NCBI GenBank assembly: GCA_041664925.1
Contig: JBAYJV010000001.1
Span: 293,262 to 357,261 of the forward strand
Length of the DNA: 64,000 nt
Direction: 5' to 3'
DNA from: Minisyncoccota bacterium
GTDB taxonomy: Bacteria; Patescibacteriota; Minisyncoccia; JBAYJV01
Within the stretch, counting starts at the first letter, position 1, and each line of letters starts with the position of its first letter. The notes under the pieces were generated by a model. It saw only the letters and a list, made by a program, of their open reading frames with translations, had not been told where the DNA came from and ran no database searches. Of this stretch, positions 45,423 through 56,155 are shown piece after piece. Position numbers and translations under genes: made by a program.

Positions 45423-46298
45423 CTATACACTCCATCTTTTCTTTCTTTCTTCTGTCTCTTTCTCGAGTTCTTCAATTATTTTTTTAAGATCCTCTTCGTC
45501 AAATTCTCTTTCCTGATCTCTATAGCTAATTTTAACCCTTCCATTTTCAATATCAATTTTATGTCCCTCTAGATAATTTCTGGCACCTCCTATTTCATCA
45601 AGACCGGCAGCATTAATCGGCATGCCCAAAAGTTTCATTACCAAAAAATCAGTATTTGCATTATGGGATATGCCAAACAATTTTATTTCGTTATTAGGAA
45701 AATGACCCTGGTTGATTTCCATCATGCTCATGAGCCACCTTATCTGTTTAATGGTAACTTGTTCAGGGGAACCGAAGAAAGTAGTATCAAATTCGGCCAC
45801 TGGTGCCTCGGGATTTTCTTTTAGCATTTCCTGCCTAAGTTGGGCTAATTCTTCAGGAGACCAGGCGGCCCATGTTTTTACGGCAAAACCTTCGTTTCCA
45901 AATATCTGCCGACTTTTTTCAAATAATTTTGCTCCTCTTGGATCACCGGTCTTTGGTATTCCTATAAGCGAAGAATAAGATAATCCTTTAATTAAAACTT
46001 TTTCTTTCGTGCTTGAATCAATTTTTTGTATTTCTCCAATATCATGAACATCTAAAATTCTATATCCTTGACCGGCCTCATTGAACAAGCTAATTAATGT
46101 TTCTTCAAAAATATCCCTTGTTTTCTGGGTTCTTTCTATATTTGATGGCATAAAAGCAATGACTGTGCCCTCAGGATAGGTTTTTATTTCTTCAAAAAGT
46201 TCTTTGGCACGGTCTCTAATTTTTTCTCTACCATCTTCTGAAATATGGCCGGTTTCATCTTTTTCCCCATGGCGCAAAACCTCAAATGATTGTTTCAT
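45423..46298 (-). CDS. histidine phosphatase superfamily (PGAM/SixA branch) protein
   Basis: VLRHGEK (RHG), SNIERTQKT (second Arg), ISHNANTDF (second His). Confidence 0.6.
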   Translation of the reverse strand: MKQSFEVLRHGEKDETGHISEDGREKIRDRAKELFEEIKTYPEGTVIAFMPSNIERTQKTRDIFEETLISLFNEAGQGYRILDVHDIGEIQKIDSSTKEKVLIKGLSYSSLIGIPKTGDPRGAKLFEKSRQIFGNEGFAVKTWAAWSPEELAQLRQEMLKENPEAPVAEFDTTFFGSPEQVTIKQIRWLMSMMEINQGHFPNNEIKLFGISHNANTDFLVMKLLGMPINAAGLDEIGGARNYLEGHKIDIENGRVKISYRDQEREFDEEDLKKIIEELEKETEERKKRWSV

Positions 46299-46321
46299 GA
46301 TATTTGTAAAATTAATTAAAA

Positions 46322-47734
46322 TTATGTTTTCTCTAATATTTTAATCATACCCTTATTCGCATCGACTTCAACCAAATCACCATCTTTAAGTATTTGAGTT
46401 GCAATTTTTGTACCAATAATACAGGGGATTCCTAATTCTCTACTAACTATAGCTGCATGACACAATATTCCACCTTCATCTGTGATAATGGCACCGGATC
46501 GCTTAATCACTCCTATAAGATTAGGCGTTGTCATGGTTGTAACCAAAATTTCTCCATTCTGTAATTCTTTAGCCATTTCTGTGCTTAGGATTATTCTGAC
46601 TCGTCCTTTGTATGTGCCAGAATTAGCTACTGTTCCCTTGATTTCTTCAAAATAGGTTTTTTCTTCTTCAAACGGAAGTTCACTATACGAAACAATTCCA
46701 CCTATAAGGATATTTGTGAAGTATTGTTTTCGTTTTATTATATCAATTTCAGTTTTGTTTTTAAAAAGATTATCGATTTCTAATACATTATACCAAACGA
46801 TATCCTCAAATTTAATATTGAATTTATTGGCAATTGCCCTAAGTAACGATCTAATGCGGTATTGTCCTAGTGTAAGCACTGTAATTCTGTTCATTCTGAA
46901 AATCATATAATCTTGGAGTAATTCGGATATCTCTATAATGTCTTTTGGCAGGGAACTTATAGATTCTATGTACTTGGCTTTTTTCTCTTCTTGATTTGCC
47001 GTTAAATTATTTAGTTCTTCGGCAGGATTTTTAATATTTTCTATTGTTTTTAAGAAATAATCATCGTCATATGGTTCGCTCAATAGGTGAGTGGTAAGAC
47101 CCATATATCCAAAATTCGCACTATGTTGTTTTATTTGCTTATCAATATTTACTCCTGATCGTTTAAGGATAGCTATCTCTAGTAAATCTTTTTGTTCTTG
47201 AAAAAAATCACTATTTTCCTGAACAGTAGTTAGAACTCTAAAAATTTTATCTTGTTTTATTTGACTAGCGTCTTTTAAATAAATATTTATTTTATTCTTA
47301 AGCCCTTCCGTTAATATTTGTTCTGGAGCGAAAACGGTATGCATAAAAGGAGAGAAGGAATAAAAATCTTTCTTAAAAAGATCCCAATATTTCAATAACT
47401 TACTACTACTCACACTCATATTTGATTTACTGATGACCTCCGTAGTATTGAGAATCTTTTTTAACCTTTTCTTACCTTCCAGCAAATGTTCTTTCATAAA
47501 TTCTAAGGGGTTTTTGTTTGCCAAAAAAGCCTCTTTGAGATTTCGCTTGCTCTCTAAGTTCTGAAGAATAGAACAAAGCTTCTTTTTGTCTTCTACTCTA
47601 GACACAATATCAAAATTAACACCAACTAATTTTGGTATTTCTTTACTCATTCCTTGGCTAATTATGTCTAAAGTTAGGCCTGTTAGAGGCCTAGAAACTA
47701 CCTTAAACCACTTAGAATCATCGTATTTTTCCAT
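46322..47734 (-). CDS. PEP-utilizing-enzyme mobile (phosphohistidine swivel) domain protein, paralog A (likely start MEKYDD at 47734; track ORF extends to 47827)
   Basis: C-terminal GGILCHAAIVSRELGIPCIIGT...DGDLVEVDA; divergent ~370-aa N-terminal region. Confidence 0.65.
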   Translation of the reverse strand: MEKYDDSKWFKVVSRPLTGLTLDIISQGMSKEIPKLVGVNFDIVSRVEDKKKLCSILQNLESKRNLKEAFLANKNPLEFMKEHLLEGKKRLKKILNTTEVISKSNMSVSSSKLLKYWDLFKKDFYSFSPFMHTVFAPEQILTEGLKNKINIYLKDASQIKQDKIFRVLTTVQENSDFFQEQKDLLEIAILKRSGVNIDKQIKQHSANFGYMGLTTHLLSEPYDDDYFLKTIENIKNPAEELNNLTANQEEKKAKYIESISSLPKDIIEISELLQDYMIFRMNRITVLTLGQYRIRSLLRAIANKFNIKFEDIVWYNVLEIDNLFKNKTEIDIIKRKQYFTNILIGGIVSYSELPFEEEKTYFEEIKGTVANSGTYKGRVRIILSTEMAKELQNGEILVTTMTTPNLIGVIKRSGAIITDEGGILCHAAIVSRELGIPCIIGTKIATQILKDGDLVEVDANKGMIKILEKT

Positions 47735-49157
47735 ATTTTCTATGAATAATTTTAATTTTACCCTTATTTGCATCGACTTCAACCAAATCACCATCTTTAA
47801 GTATTTGAGTTGCAATTTTTGTACCAATAATACAGGGAATATTAAACTCTCTGCTGATTATAGCTGCATGACACAATATTCCACCTTCATCTGTGATAAT
47901 GGCACCAGCCTTTTTAACAGCGCCAATTAAGTTAGCCGTAGTCATTGATGCAACCAAAACCTCTCCTTTTTTGAATGATTTAATCTTATCAAGACCTGTT
48001 ATTATTTTTACGTAACCAGTGTATTTTCCTGTCTTTGCTATTGATCCTGAAAATTCATTTCCGGAGACATTATCAGAAGTTTTTTCAACTTCTTCATAAT
48101 AGATTTTCCCATTTATTAAACTGGATACGAAAGATTTTTTTCTGGCTTCAACATTAGTCTTTTTAGGACGAATAAAAAGATTATCTATTTCTGGTACTGT
48201 GTACCAAATAATATCTTCAAATTTGATATCAAATCTTTTACCTATCTCTCTGGTAAGTTTTTTAACATAGTGTAATCCGACATTCATTCCTTCAGCTCTT
48301 TCCGTTCTAAAGATTGTATATTCCTGAAGAAGCTCAGCGAGTTTTACAATATCTTTTGGTATAGATTTTGCGAAACTATTGTATCCAGAAAGTATTTCTT
48401 TTTTATTTTTTTCTAATTTGATTAGTAAGTCTTTTGGATTTTTTATCTCATTTATGATTTCAAGAAAATGTTTTCTATCATACGGTTCGCTTGAAAGATG
48501 AGCGGTTATCCCCATATTTCCGAATTTTTTAATATGATTCTTTAATCTGTTCTCTATGTTTTTATTTTTTCTTATAAGAATACCTATTTCCAAAAGATCT
48601 TTCTGTTCTAGGTAGAAAATACTATCTTTTTTAATTGTTGTTAACAGCCTAAAGTAGTTTTCTTTATCTTTTGGAGAACTTTTCTTAAAATAAGCATCAA
48701 TCTTACTTTTCAGTCTGTTTGTAAGTATTTCTTCTGGAATAAAAGGGATATGAATAAAAGGACAGAAAGCGCAATAAGTTTTTTTAAACAGAATCCAATA
48801 ATTTTCTAGTTTTTCAATACTAACGTTCAGATTGTAACTATAAATTTTTTTTCCTACCCGTAGAGTTTTTTTTGTTCTTTTTCTTCCGATTTTAAGATGT
48901 TCTCTAAAAAAACTATAACCATTTTCGTGATTTTCAAAGATTTTTACCAATCTTTCTCTGCTTTCTTTCCCTTGATAGAGGGATAGGTCATTATCGTTTA
49001 TTGATTTTTCACATTTTAAATCTAATGTTGTGCCAGTAAGTCTTGGCATCTCTTCGTTTATGCCTTGAGCAACCAAACTAAAAGTTAAAATCGTGGCTGG
49101 TCGCGCAACCACCTTAATCCATTCCATATTTTCTGTAGGATTAATTTTCTTTTTCAC
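47718..49157 (-). CDS. PEP-utilizing-enzyme mobile domain protein, paralog B
   Basis: C-terminal GGILCHAAIISREFNIPCIIGT...DGDLVEVDA; 3' 150 nt about 92% identical to paralog A. Confidence 0.65.
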   Translation of the reverse strand: MKKKINPTENMEWIKVVARPATILTFSLVAQGINEEMPRLTGTTLDLKCEKSINDNDLSLYQGKESRERLVKIFENHENGYSFFREHLKIGRKRTKKTLRVGKKIYSYNLNVSIEKLENYWILFKKTYCAFCPFIHIPFIPEEILTNRLKSKIDAYFKKSSPKDKENYFRLLTTIKKDSIFYLEQKDLLEIGILIRKNKNIENRLKNHIKKFGNMGITAHLSSEPYDRKHFLEIINEIKNPKDLLIKLEKNKKEILSGYNSFAKSIPKDIVKLAELLQEYTIFRTERAEGMNVGLHYVKKLTREIGKRFDIKFEDIIWYTVPEIDNLFIRPKKTNVEARKKSFVSSLINGKIYYEEVEKTSDNVSGNEFSGSIAKTGKYTGYVKIITGLDKIKSFKKGEVLVASMTTANLIGAVKKAGAIITDEGGILCHAAIISREFNIPCIIGTKIATQILKDGDLVEVDANKGKIKIIHRKYGKIR

Positions 49158-50682
49158 TTTTTAATATTTTTACAACACCTCTATCTGCATCAACTTCAAC
49201 AAGATCGCCATCTTTAATGACTTTTGTAGCGTTTTTTGTGCCAATAATGCAGGGTTTTTTGAGCTCTCTGGCAATAATAGCAGCATGGCAAGTCAATCCT
49301 CCTTCATCAGTTACAATTGCTCCGGCCAATCGCATTACAGGCACGAAATCAACTGTAGTTGATTGAGCTATAAGAATTTCTCCTTTTTCCATTTTATTCA
49401 TTTCAGCGGTTGATAAAATTAACCTAGCAATGCCTCGAATTTTTCCTTTAGCGCCGATCTGGCCCGTAATTGTATCTATTTTTTCTGTTTCTTTTTTAAA
49501 TTGATCGAAATTGCTTTTTACATAATCTATTTCTTCTTGAACAAGCTCCCTGATACCATATTCAACGGAAAGGATTAAATTATATCCATTTTTTCTTTGC
49601 TGGTATTTTGTTTTTAACCCTTCTAATGATACTTTGCCCAAAATGCCATCTTTTATTTCTTCTGGCGAAAGACAATAAACCTGTTGCCAATTTTCCAAAT
49701 CAAGAATTTTTGCGATTGTATCAAAAAATGGTCTTACCAAGAAACCAACGTGAGAAAAAATACTCTTTCGATATTCAGCCAAAACAGTCCCCAGGCGCAT
49801 TGCTAAAATTATATTTTTTAATTTTTCAGACATTGGTAAATCACCAAATAATTTATCGCGTTGCGATAATATTTCTTTTCTGTGTGTTTTTTTAGCAGTG
49901 ATTTGTTCTTGGCAATCTCCATTATTGATGTATTTTTTAATGTCTTCGATAAATTTTGGTTCAGGAATAGGTTCGTCGATAAAATTTACCGTTATCCACG
50001 CTGAATCATTCATTAATTGATTGAGTTTTTCTTTAAAAGGAGTACCAGATAAGATGCTATTAAAATTGTTTCTGGTTTTTTTCATTTCTTCTTGTATCCA
50101 AGAAGATAATTCAAGTACGGCAATTTCTTGTTTAAAAGCTGGGGTTTCTTCATCCGGCGTAACCAATATATTAATATTTGCATCAATTTCACTAGGATCA
50201 ATATTTTTTAGTTCTTCTTTGGCAATAATAGGAGCTAACCTAGACAAATCCCAATTTAGCATTGATGTGATCATTAACCCCAAGGACAGAGCAATGTGCG
50301 ATTCGCAATATTGATCTAATTTTTTGATTAAATCATTTTTATCAGAAATCTCTTTGATTTTATTTAATTCATAAGCAATCTTAAGGAATTGCTCGCCTCG
50401 ATCTAAGAATTTTTGCTTGAGATTTTTACCTAAAAAACCATAAGGATCTTTAATAGATTCTGTTATTAAAAAATCAAGAACCTTTTCGTCGGAAATTTTA
50501 GTATCAAAAATAGCGCAACGGGTTCCTTCAGAAATCCATAATTCTTCCAGTGGCGGGACCTTCCAACTGTCAGCTCCATACGTAAAACCAACAGCATCTA
50601 AGTAACGCTGAAAAAATGCAAAATTGCGCGTAAGCTGATAATTCCAATTTTCTGGACTAAAAATTTTTAAATCTATAGGCAT
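49141..50682 (-). CDS. PEP-utilizing-enzyme mobile domain protein, paralog C
   Basis: C-terminal GGLTCHAAIIARELKKPCIIGT...DGDLVEVDA. Confidence 0.65.
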   Translation of the reverse strand: MPIDLKIFSPENWNYQLTRNFAFFQRYLDAVGFTYGADSWKVPPLEELWISEGTRCAIFDTKISDEKVLDFLITESIKDPYGFLGKNLKQKFLDRGEQFLKIAYELNKIKEISDKNDLIKKLDQYCESHIALSLGLMITSMLNWDLSRLAPIIAKEELKNIDPSEIDANINILVTPDEETPAFKQEIAVLELSSWIQEEMKKTRNNFNSILSGTPFKEKLNQLMNDSAWITVNFIDEPIPEPKFIEDIKKYINNGDCQEQITAKKTHRKEILSQRDKLFGDLPMSEKLKNIILAMRLGTVLAEYRKSIFSHVGFLVRPFFDTIAKILDLENWQQVYCLSPEEIKDGILGKVSLEGLKTKYQQRKNGYNLILSVEYGIRELVQEEIDYVKSNFDQFKKETEKIDTITGQIGAKGKIRGIARLILSTAEMNKMEKGEILIAQSTTVDFVPVMRLAGAIVTDEGGLTCHAAIIARELKKPCIIGTKNATKVIKDGDLVEVDADRGVVKILKSEKEN

Positions 50683-50703
50683 AATCTATAAAAAAAACAT
50701 ATT

Positions 50704-51084
50704 TTAAGTGAAAAATTGACTCAAAACCTTGTCTTTTTTAAATTTCTTTATATTGCGATTAACTTGGCGATAAAAAGCGGGGTAGTGAGAACGATTAATA
50801 ATCTTTCTTCGCCACAATTGGCGATAGGGTGGTTTCTGACAATGAGCTAATTCGTGGGCTAGTGTTCGCAGAATAACGCTGGGTTTTTTGGGCCTTCTTT
50901 CTCGAGGTGAATAAAGATCTAGAACTACTTTTTTTGTTTTGAGATTAATATAGGCAATGCGGAAAGATCTTTTTGGATCTTTAATAGGTGATTTTCTTTT
51001 CATTGCCTGAAAATGAAAACCGGCAAGACTTAGAGTCTCACAGGTACGTTCAAAAAGAAACTGTCCCAGCTCTTCTTGCGTCAT
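50704..51084 (-). CDS. small HExxH protein (SprT/DUF45-like putative zinc metallopeptidase)
   Basis: LAHELAHC motif, 126 aa, basic. Confidence 0.4.
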   Translation of the reverse strand: MTQEELGQFLFERTCETLSLAGFHFQAMKRKSPIKDPKRSFRIAYINLKTKKVVLDLYSPRERRPKKPSVILRTLAHELAHCQKPPYRQLWRRKIINRSHYPAFYRQVNRNIKKFKKDKVLSQFFT

Positions 51085-52247
51085 GAGCCAAGGATTTTTT
51101 TAAGAGCCTCAACTTTGTCTGTTTTTTCCCAAGGAAGATTTAATTCTGGTCTGCCAAAATGACCATAACAAGCAACTTGGCGATAAAGTGGTCGCCTTAA
51201 TCCCAGGTGATGAATAATGGCTCCTGGTCTTAAGTCAAAAACTTTTTTGACTGCGCCTAAAATCTTTTTATCAGAGATTTTGCCGGTATCAAAAGTGTAA
51301 ACATCAATAGCCAATGGCTTTGCTATGCCGATGGCATAAGCAATTTGAACCTGACACTTATCAGCCAGATTGGCTGCAACAATGTTTTTTGCTACCCAGC
51401 GGGCAGCGTAAGAGCCTGTTCGATCAACTTTTGTCGGATCTTTTCCCGAAAAACAGCCTCCGCCATGAGAACCAACTCCGCCATAGGTATCAACAATAAT
51501 CTTTCTGCCCGTTAAGCCCGTGTCTGCGGCTGGGCCGCCCTTAACAAATCTGCCAGTTGGATTTACAAGAAATTTAGTTTCTTTATCAATAAGTTTTTTT
51601 GGCAAGATTGGTAACATAACTTTACTAATAATGTCTTTTTTTAGATCGGAAAGTTTGAATTCTGGATCATGTTGCGCAGAAACTAAAACAGTCTGAATTC
51701 TTGCTGGCAAACCATTCACATATTCAACTGTTACCTGAGATTTTCCATCTGGCCTCAAATATTTAATTTCTCCTGATTTTCTTACTTCAGATAATTTTTT
51801 GACCAAACGATGAGCTAAAACTATTGGAAGAGGCATTAGTTCTGGCGTTTCTTTCATAGCATAACCATACATCATACCTTGATCGCCTGCGCCGATATTG
51901 AGATCGTTAGGATCATCTACTCCCTGGGCAATATCCCGAGATTGTTCCTGAATAGCACAACTGATACCGCAGGTCTCCCAATCAAAACCAATGGAAGAAT
52001 TATTGTAACCGATATCCTTAATAACAGATCTAGTAATTTTAGGAATATCAACGTAACAATTCGTTGTCATTTCCCCGGCAATCATAACCATGCCATTGGT
52101 TAATAAAGCTTCCATTGCAACTCGCCCCATCGGATCTTGCCTCATAACATTGTCCAATATAGCATCAGAAATTTGATCAGCCATCTTATCGGGATGGCCT
52201 TCGGTAACTGACTCAGAAGTAATCAAATAGTCTCGATTATTTTTCAT
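51081..52247 (-). CDS. metK: S-adenosylmethionine synthetase
   Basis: [28 protein letters not shown], canonical MetK motifs. Confidence 0.95.
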   Translation of the reverse strand: MKNNRDYLITSESVTEGHPDKMADQISDAILDNVMRQDPMGRVAMEALLTNGMVMIAGEMTTNCYVDIPKITRSVIKDIGYNNSSIGFDWETCGISCAIQEQSRDIAQGVDDPNDLNIGAGDQGMMYGYAMKETPELMPLPIVLAHRLVKKLSEVRKSGEIKYLRPDGKSQVTVEYVNGLPARIQTVLVSAQHDPEFKLSDLKKDIISKVMLPILPKKLIDKETKFLVNPTGRFVKGGPAADTGLTGRKIIVDTYGGVGSHGGGCFSGKDPTKVDRTGSYAARWVAKNIVAANLADKCQVQIAYAIGIAKPLAIDVYTFDTGKISDKKILGAVKKVFDLRPGAIIHHLGLRRPLYRQVACYGHFGRPELNLPWEKTDKVEALKKILGS

Positions 52248-53565
52248 CGTTGAGTAATTTAATTAATTTATTATTTAAATCTCCGATATTTATTCTTGTT
52301 TGTTTCATAGAATCTCTTTCTCTGATAGTAACTGATTTATCGTTAATAGTTTCAAAATCAATCGTTATGCAAAACGGCGTACCGATTTCATCTTGTCTGC
52401 GATAGCGCTTGCCAATACTTTGAGTTTCATCATACTCGCAGATGAATTTATTTTTTAGGTCATCAAGAATTTGCTTAGCAATTTCAGTTAATTCCAACTT
52501 TTTAGATAGAGGCAAAATCGCTATTTTTATAGGTGATAACCAATAGGGGAATTTCATAACAATCCTTGTTTCTTCTTTTTCATCTGCCGTTGGGGCTTTT
52601 TCTTCGTGATAATGCTCGCACAAAACAGCCAAGACCGTTCTGTCAACGCCCAAGCTTGGCTCAATCACATGAGGAACTGTTTTTGTGCCGGTTTCAGGAT
52701 CTGTGTAGGAAAATCCATGGTTTTTTAAATCAAAATCTGTTCTATAAGCAAGGCCATAAAGTTCTTTTTTTCCAAAAGGAAACCGATATTCAATATCAAT
52801 GGTTTTTTTGGAGTAATGAGCTAATTCTTTTTTTTCAACAACACATTCATTAATATTTTCTTTACTAAGCCCAAGCAAACTCATCCAGTCCCTTAATTCA
52901 GAAAGCCACTCATCAAAATACTTTTGCCAATCTTTTTCGGAAACAAAATACTCAATTTCCATCTGTTCAAATTCGCGGGTTCTGAAAATAAAATTTCCCG
53001 GCGTAATTTCATTACGAAAAGCCTTACCAACTTGAGCAATTCCAAAAGGTAATCGTTTTCTTGTAGAATCTACAATATTCTTAAAATTAACGAAGATGCC
53101 TTGAGCTGTCTCAGGCCTTAAGTAGGCGATATTACCATCTTCTTCGCCCTTGGGGCCAATAAAAGTCTTAAACATCAAATTAAACTTGGTTGGTTTGGTA
53201 AGCTCATTATTTTTGCAGCTTGGACAAATGGATTTTTCTAATTCATCTTTTTTGAAGCGCATGTGGCATTTCTTGCATTCAACCAATTCATCAGCAAACC
53301 CTGCGCCCAAATGACCAGAAGCTTTCCAAACTTCCGGATTCATAATTAAAGCGGCGTCGATTCCAACCATATCTTGTCTGTCTTGGACAAACTTTTTCCA
53401 CCACATTTGTTTTATATTGTTCTTGATTTCAACTCCAAGCGGTCCATAATCCCAAGTATTTGCCATACCTCCATAAATTTCCGATGACGGAAAAATAAAC
53501 CCTCTTCTTTTTGAAAGTGAAATAATTTTTTCAATTGATTTTTCCATAATTTTAGCGCTCAACAC
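52237..53565 (-). CDS. glyQS: glycyl-tRNA synthetase (alpha2 dimeric type)
   Basis: [17 protein letters not shown]...YGPLG, class II motifs, 442 aa. Confidence 0.85.
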   Translation of the reverse strand: MLSAKIMEKSIEKIISLSKRRGFIFPSSEIYGGMANTWDYGPLGVEIKNNIKQMWWKKFVQDRQDMVGIDAALIMNPEVWKASGHLGAGFADELVECKKCHMRFKKDELEKSICPSCKNNELTKPTKFNLMFKTFIGPKGEEDGNIAYLRPETAQGIFVNFKNIVDSTRKRLPFGIAQVGKAFRNEITPGNFIFRTREFEQMEIEYFVSEKDWQKYFDEWLSELRDWMSLLGLSKENINECVVEKKELAHYSKKTIDIEYRFPFGKKELYGLAYRTDFDLKNHGFSYTDPETGTKTVPHVIEPSLGVDRTVLAVLCEHYHEEKAPTADEKEETRIVMKFPYWLSPIKIAILPLSKKLELTEIAKQILDDLKNKFICEYDETQSIGKRYRRQDEIGTPFCITIDFETINDKSVTIRERDSMKQTRINIGDLNNKLIKLLNDEK

Positions 53566-55393
53566 TTAAACTGGTCTTTAATTGGTCAATTTTGGCACCA
53601 AGATCTTGTTGGGTAAACATGTCTTTTCCGTGAACTTGGGCTTCTTCGGTCAATATCAAGTTGGATCCTATTTGTGTAGGTGAAGGAATTGAATTTACTT
53701 TGAAAATAATTTGTTTAACTGAACTTGTTTGTCCCGTGCCAGCCTTAATTTCTTTGATTTGCCAAAGCAATTGGCCTGTCAAAGGATCAAAGGTTATATT
53801 ATTTTCTGGGGGCCACCAAGTATTTTCCCAATAAACTCCAACGGGAAGTTGCGAAGAAACGGTTACGTTCTCTAAATCGTTGTAATAATTAAGAAGTTGC
53901 CAGGAAATAAGATAGGTAGTTTTTTCTCCTGACTTTGGTGGATAAGGACCAGAAGCTGTGAATGGCTGCTGAGTATTCTGATCTAAGATAGCTCCCTTAG
54001 CAATTAAAACAGAGTTTAATTTTACTGAAGTCTGCGAGCTATTTTCTAGCTGAATACCGGAAAGTTCTGGAGGAACCATATTAGGCAATATACTTGCTCT
54101 AGCGGTTAATATAAAATTCTTATCATTATAAGATTCTATTGGAACGCTTTTTTTGATGCTTATCTTAAACTTAGTACTACCAGCCTCAAATGGTCCTAAA
54201 ATAGCCAATTGCGAAATGCGGCGACTGTCCCACATAATTTTTTTCTCTCTTTCAATGTATATGCCTTGGTTTTCTGGGATTATACTGGCTGGGTCAGAGT
54301 CAAAAATATTACCGTCTAGAACCACAGATAAAACAAGATCTCTTAGGGTTGAATCAGTAGTGTTATTAAAATTAACAATAAATTCTATATCTGATCCTAG
54401 ATTAACAACATTGAGACTACTTAAGTTAGTTGTTTGAATGCTAATATTGACAGGAGCGGGGGTCAAAGAAATTGCCGAGAACGCTTGAGAATAAACCTGG
54501 TATTGATCATTGGCATCTTTCATTTCAATGACGGCAGTCAGGTTAATGACGTCTAGTCGTTGAGTTAAGACACCAGTAACCTTGAATTCTTTTTCTTCCG
54601 ATGGGTTGATTTGATCAATAATCCATGTGTTGTTAGCAATGTCTGGGTTTGTTGGAGTGTAACTCTTAGGACTAAATCCGTTTGGATAATTAATTTTAAA
54701 ACGAATATCTCTATATGTGTCTTCTGACTTATTCGAAAAATTGATCGTATAAGTAATGTCTTTATTGAGAGTTACAATTTTTGGTTCATCAATAACAATT
54801 TTCAATGGGGAAGATACTATGTCAACAGCAAAATCAGTTTCCTTCTTTAGTTCTGAGCTGATTCTGGAAGGCGTATATTTTAAAGTTACTCTTACCACTC
54901 CTTTGTATTCTTCGGGACCGAAAATTTTAACATAAGAAGAAACAGTTTTTTGTTTATCTCCAGCTAGGCGACCGATTTCTAAAACATCTTGACTGTCCGG
55001 TCTTTGAGGATTTTGTAGCTGTGATCCCTTTGGGTATTCGACAAACAATCGACAATCTTCTATGGCCGAACCATTGCCATTTTTTACTAAGAAATCGTAT
55101 TTAAGAAATGCCCCAGATTGGATTTTTTGAGAACCGTCTACTTGAATAGAAATACGATCCTGACTAAATGAAGTGCGATGACCTAGCCATGAAATAGCAA
55201 TGCCAAGCAATATTATGACTATCAAAGAAGAAGAAATAATTTTTAACCATTTTTTTCTTTTTTGATTAAAAAATGGTTCTTTTGGTGGCAGTTCCTTTCT
55301 TTTTTGATCGATATTATAATCTAGTCGCTTGGTCAATCCACTATCGACCTCTGGTCGGTAAATTCCTTTTTTGAGATCATCCAATGATGACAT
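53552..55393 (-). CDS. large membrane-anchored extracytoplasmic repeat-domain protein, unknown function
   Basis: N-terminal TM helix after basic segment; beta-rich Thr/Ser/Asn-rich body, probable repeated Ig-like/DUF11-type domains. Confidence 0.4.
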   Translation of the reverse strand: MSSLDDLKKGIYRPEVDSGLTKRLDYNIDQKRKELPPKEPFFNQKRKKWLKIISSSLIVIILLGIAISWLGHRTSFSQDRISIQVDGSQKIQSGAFLKYDFLVKNGNGSAIEDCRLFVEYPKGSQLQNPQRPDSQDVLEIGRLAGDKQKTVSSYVKIFGPEEYKGVVRVTLKYTPSRISSELKKETDFAVDIVSSPLKIVIDEPKIVTLNKDITYTINFSNKSEDTYRDIRFKINYPNGFSPKSYTPTNPDIANNTWIIDQINPSEEKEFKVTGVLTQRLDVINLTAVIEMKDANDQYQVYSQAFSAISLTPAPVNISIQTTNLSSLNVVNLGSDIEFIVNFNNTTDSTLRDLVLSVVLDGNIFDSDPASIIPENQGIYIEREKKIMWDSRRISQLAILGPFEAGSTKFKISIKKSVPIESYNDKNFILTARASILPNMVPPELSGIQLENSSQTSVKLNSVLIAKGAILDQNTQQPFTASGPYPPKSGEKTTYLISWQLLNYYNDLENVTVSSQLPVGVYWENTWWPPENNITFDPLTGQLLWQIKEIKAGTGQTSSVKQIIFKVNSIPSPTQIGSNLILTEEAQVHGKDMFTQQDLGAKIDQLKTSLSVER

Positions 55394-55394
55394 A

Positions 55395-56147
55395 TTAGTT
55401 GTTTTTGAGAAGTAATGATTTAACTGGCAAATAACTCTTAGGAAGACTAATTCCCGATGAATATTCCAAATAGTTATTGGAAAATTCGAATATTTTTTTC
55501 AGACCATCTTCTTTAATAGTAGTTTTTTTTAAATAACTAAACGATTTTTTTTGAATCAGACGCAAGAAATTTAATTCTTTTTGATCAATAACGACTGATT
55601 TCTTATTTTTACCACTAACATTTATTAGAGATTGCGACAGTCCCGTTTTAAAATTAAAAGAGAAATTCTTTGTCGTTTCCCTTCCAGAGATACTTAAATT
55701 GGGAAAATAGCCAAGATAAAAAGCTAATTTTAAAGAAAAATAAGTCAAAATCAATAGACAGGTTTTATTATCAGGATGCTTTCTTATTAGCGACAACGCC
55801 GATACCAGAAGAAGCAATATTTTTCTATCAGAGATTCTTTCTTCAATTAGATTATCGATCAAATCCACTAGGTAGAAAGAAACAAATTGTGCCAGAGATG
55901 ATTTTTTTGGGTAAAAATCATTCAAAAGTTCAGCGCCAGTTATTACAGGTTCTCCGCTCGAAGAAACAGCAATAATTTGACTATAAGAGAAAGGAGTAAG
56001 GGCAGATTTCAAACGGGCTTCATTCCTATTTAGTCCTTTAGCAAGATAAATAACTTTTCCAAAATTAAGCGTGTAAGCTGTAATATAAGTATTTTTTCCC
56101 TCTACTGATCTGTTTTTTAAAATAAGAGCTTTTGTTTTAAAGTGCAT
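55395..56147 (-). CDS. recO: DNA repair protein RecO-like
   Basis: N-terminal OB-fold pattern KALILKNRSVEGKNTYITAYT..GKVIYLAKG, 250 aa. Confidence 0.55.
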   Translation of the reverse strand: MHFKTKALILKNRSVEGKNTYITAYTLNFGKVIYLAKGLNRNEARLKSALTPFSYSQIIAVSSSGEPVITGAELLNDFYPKKSSLAQFVSFYLVDLIDNLIEERISDRKILLLLVSALSLIRKHPDNKTCLLILTYFSLKLAFYLGYFPNLSISGRETTKNFSFNFKTGLSQSLINVSGKNKKSVVIDQKELNFLRLIQKKSFSYLKKTTIKEDGLKKIFEFSNNYLEYSSGISLPKSYLPVKSLLLKNN

Positions 56148-56155
56148 TAACTCTA

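Noticed and set aside
46322-47827. N-terminal 31 codons of track ORF 46322..47827 overlapping paralog B by 110 bp
   Set aside because: Comparison with paralog B's N-terminus (MEWIKVVARP) indicates the real start is the internal ATG at 47734 (MEKYDDSKWFKVVSRP). The longer ORF is an upstream read-through in another frame of the neighbouring gene.
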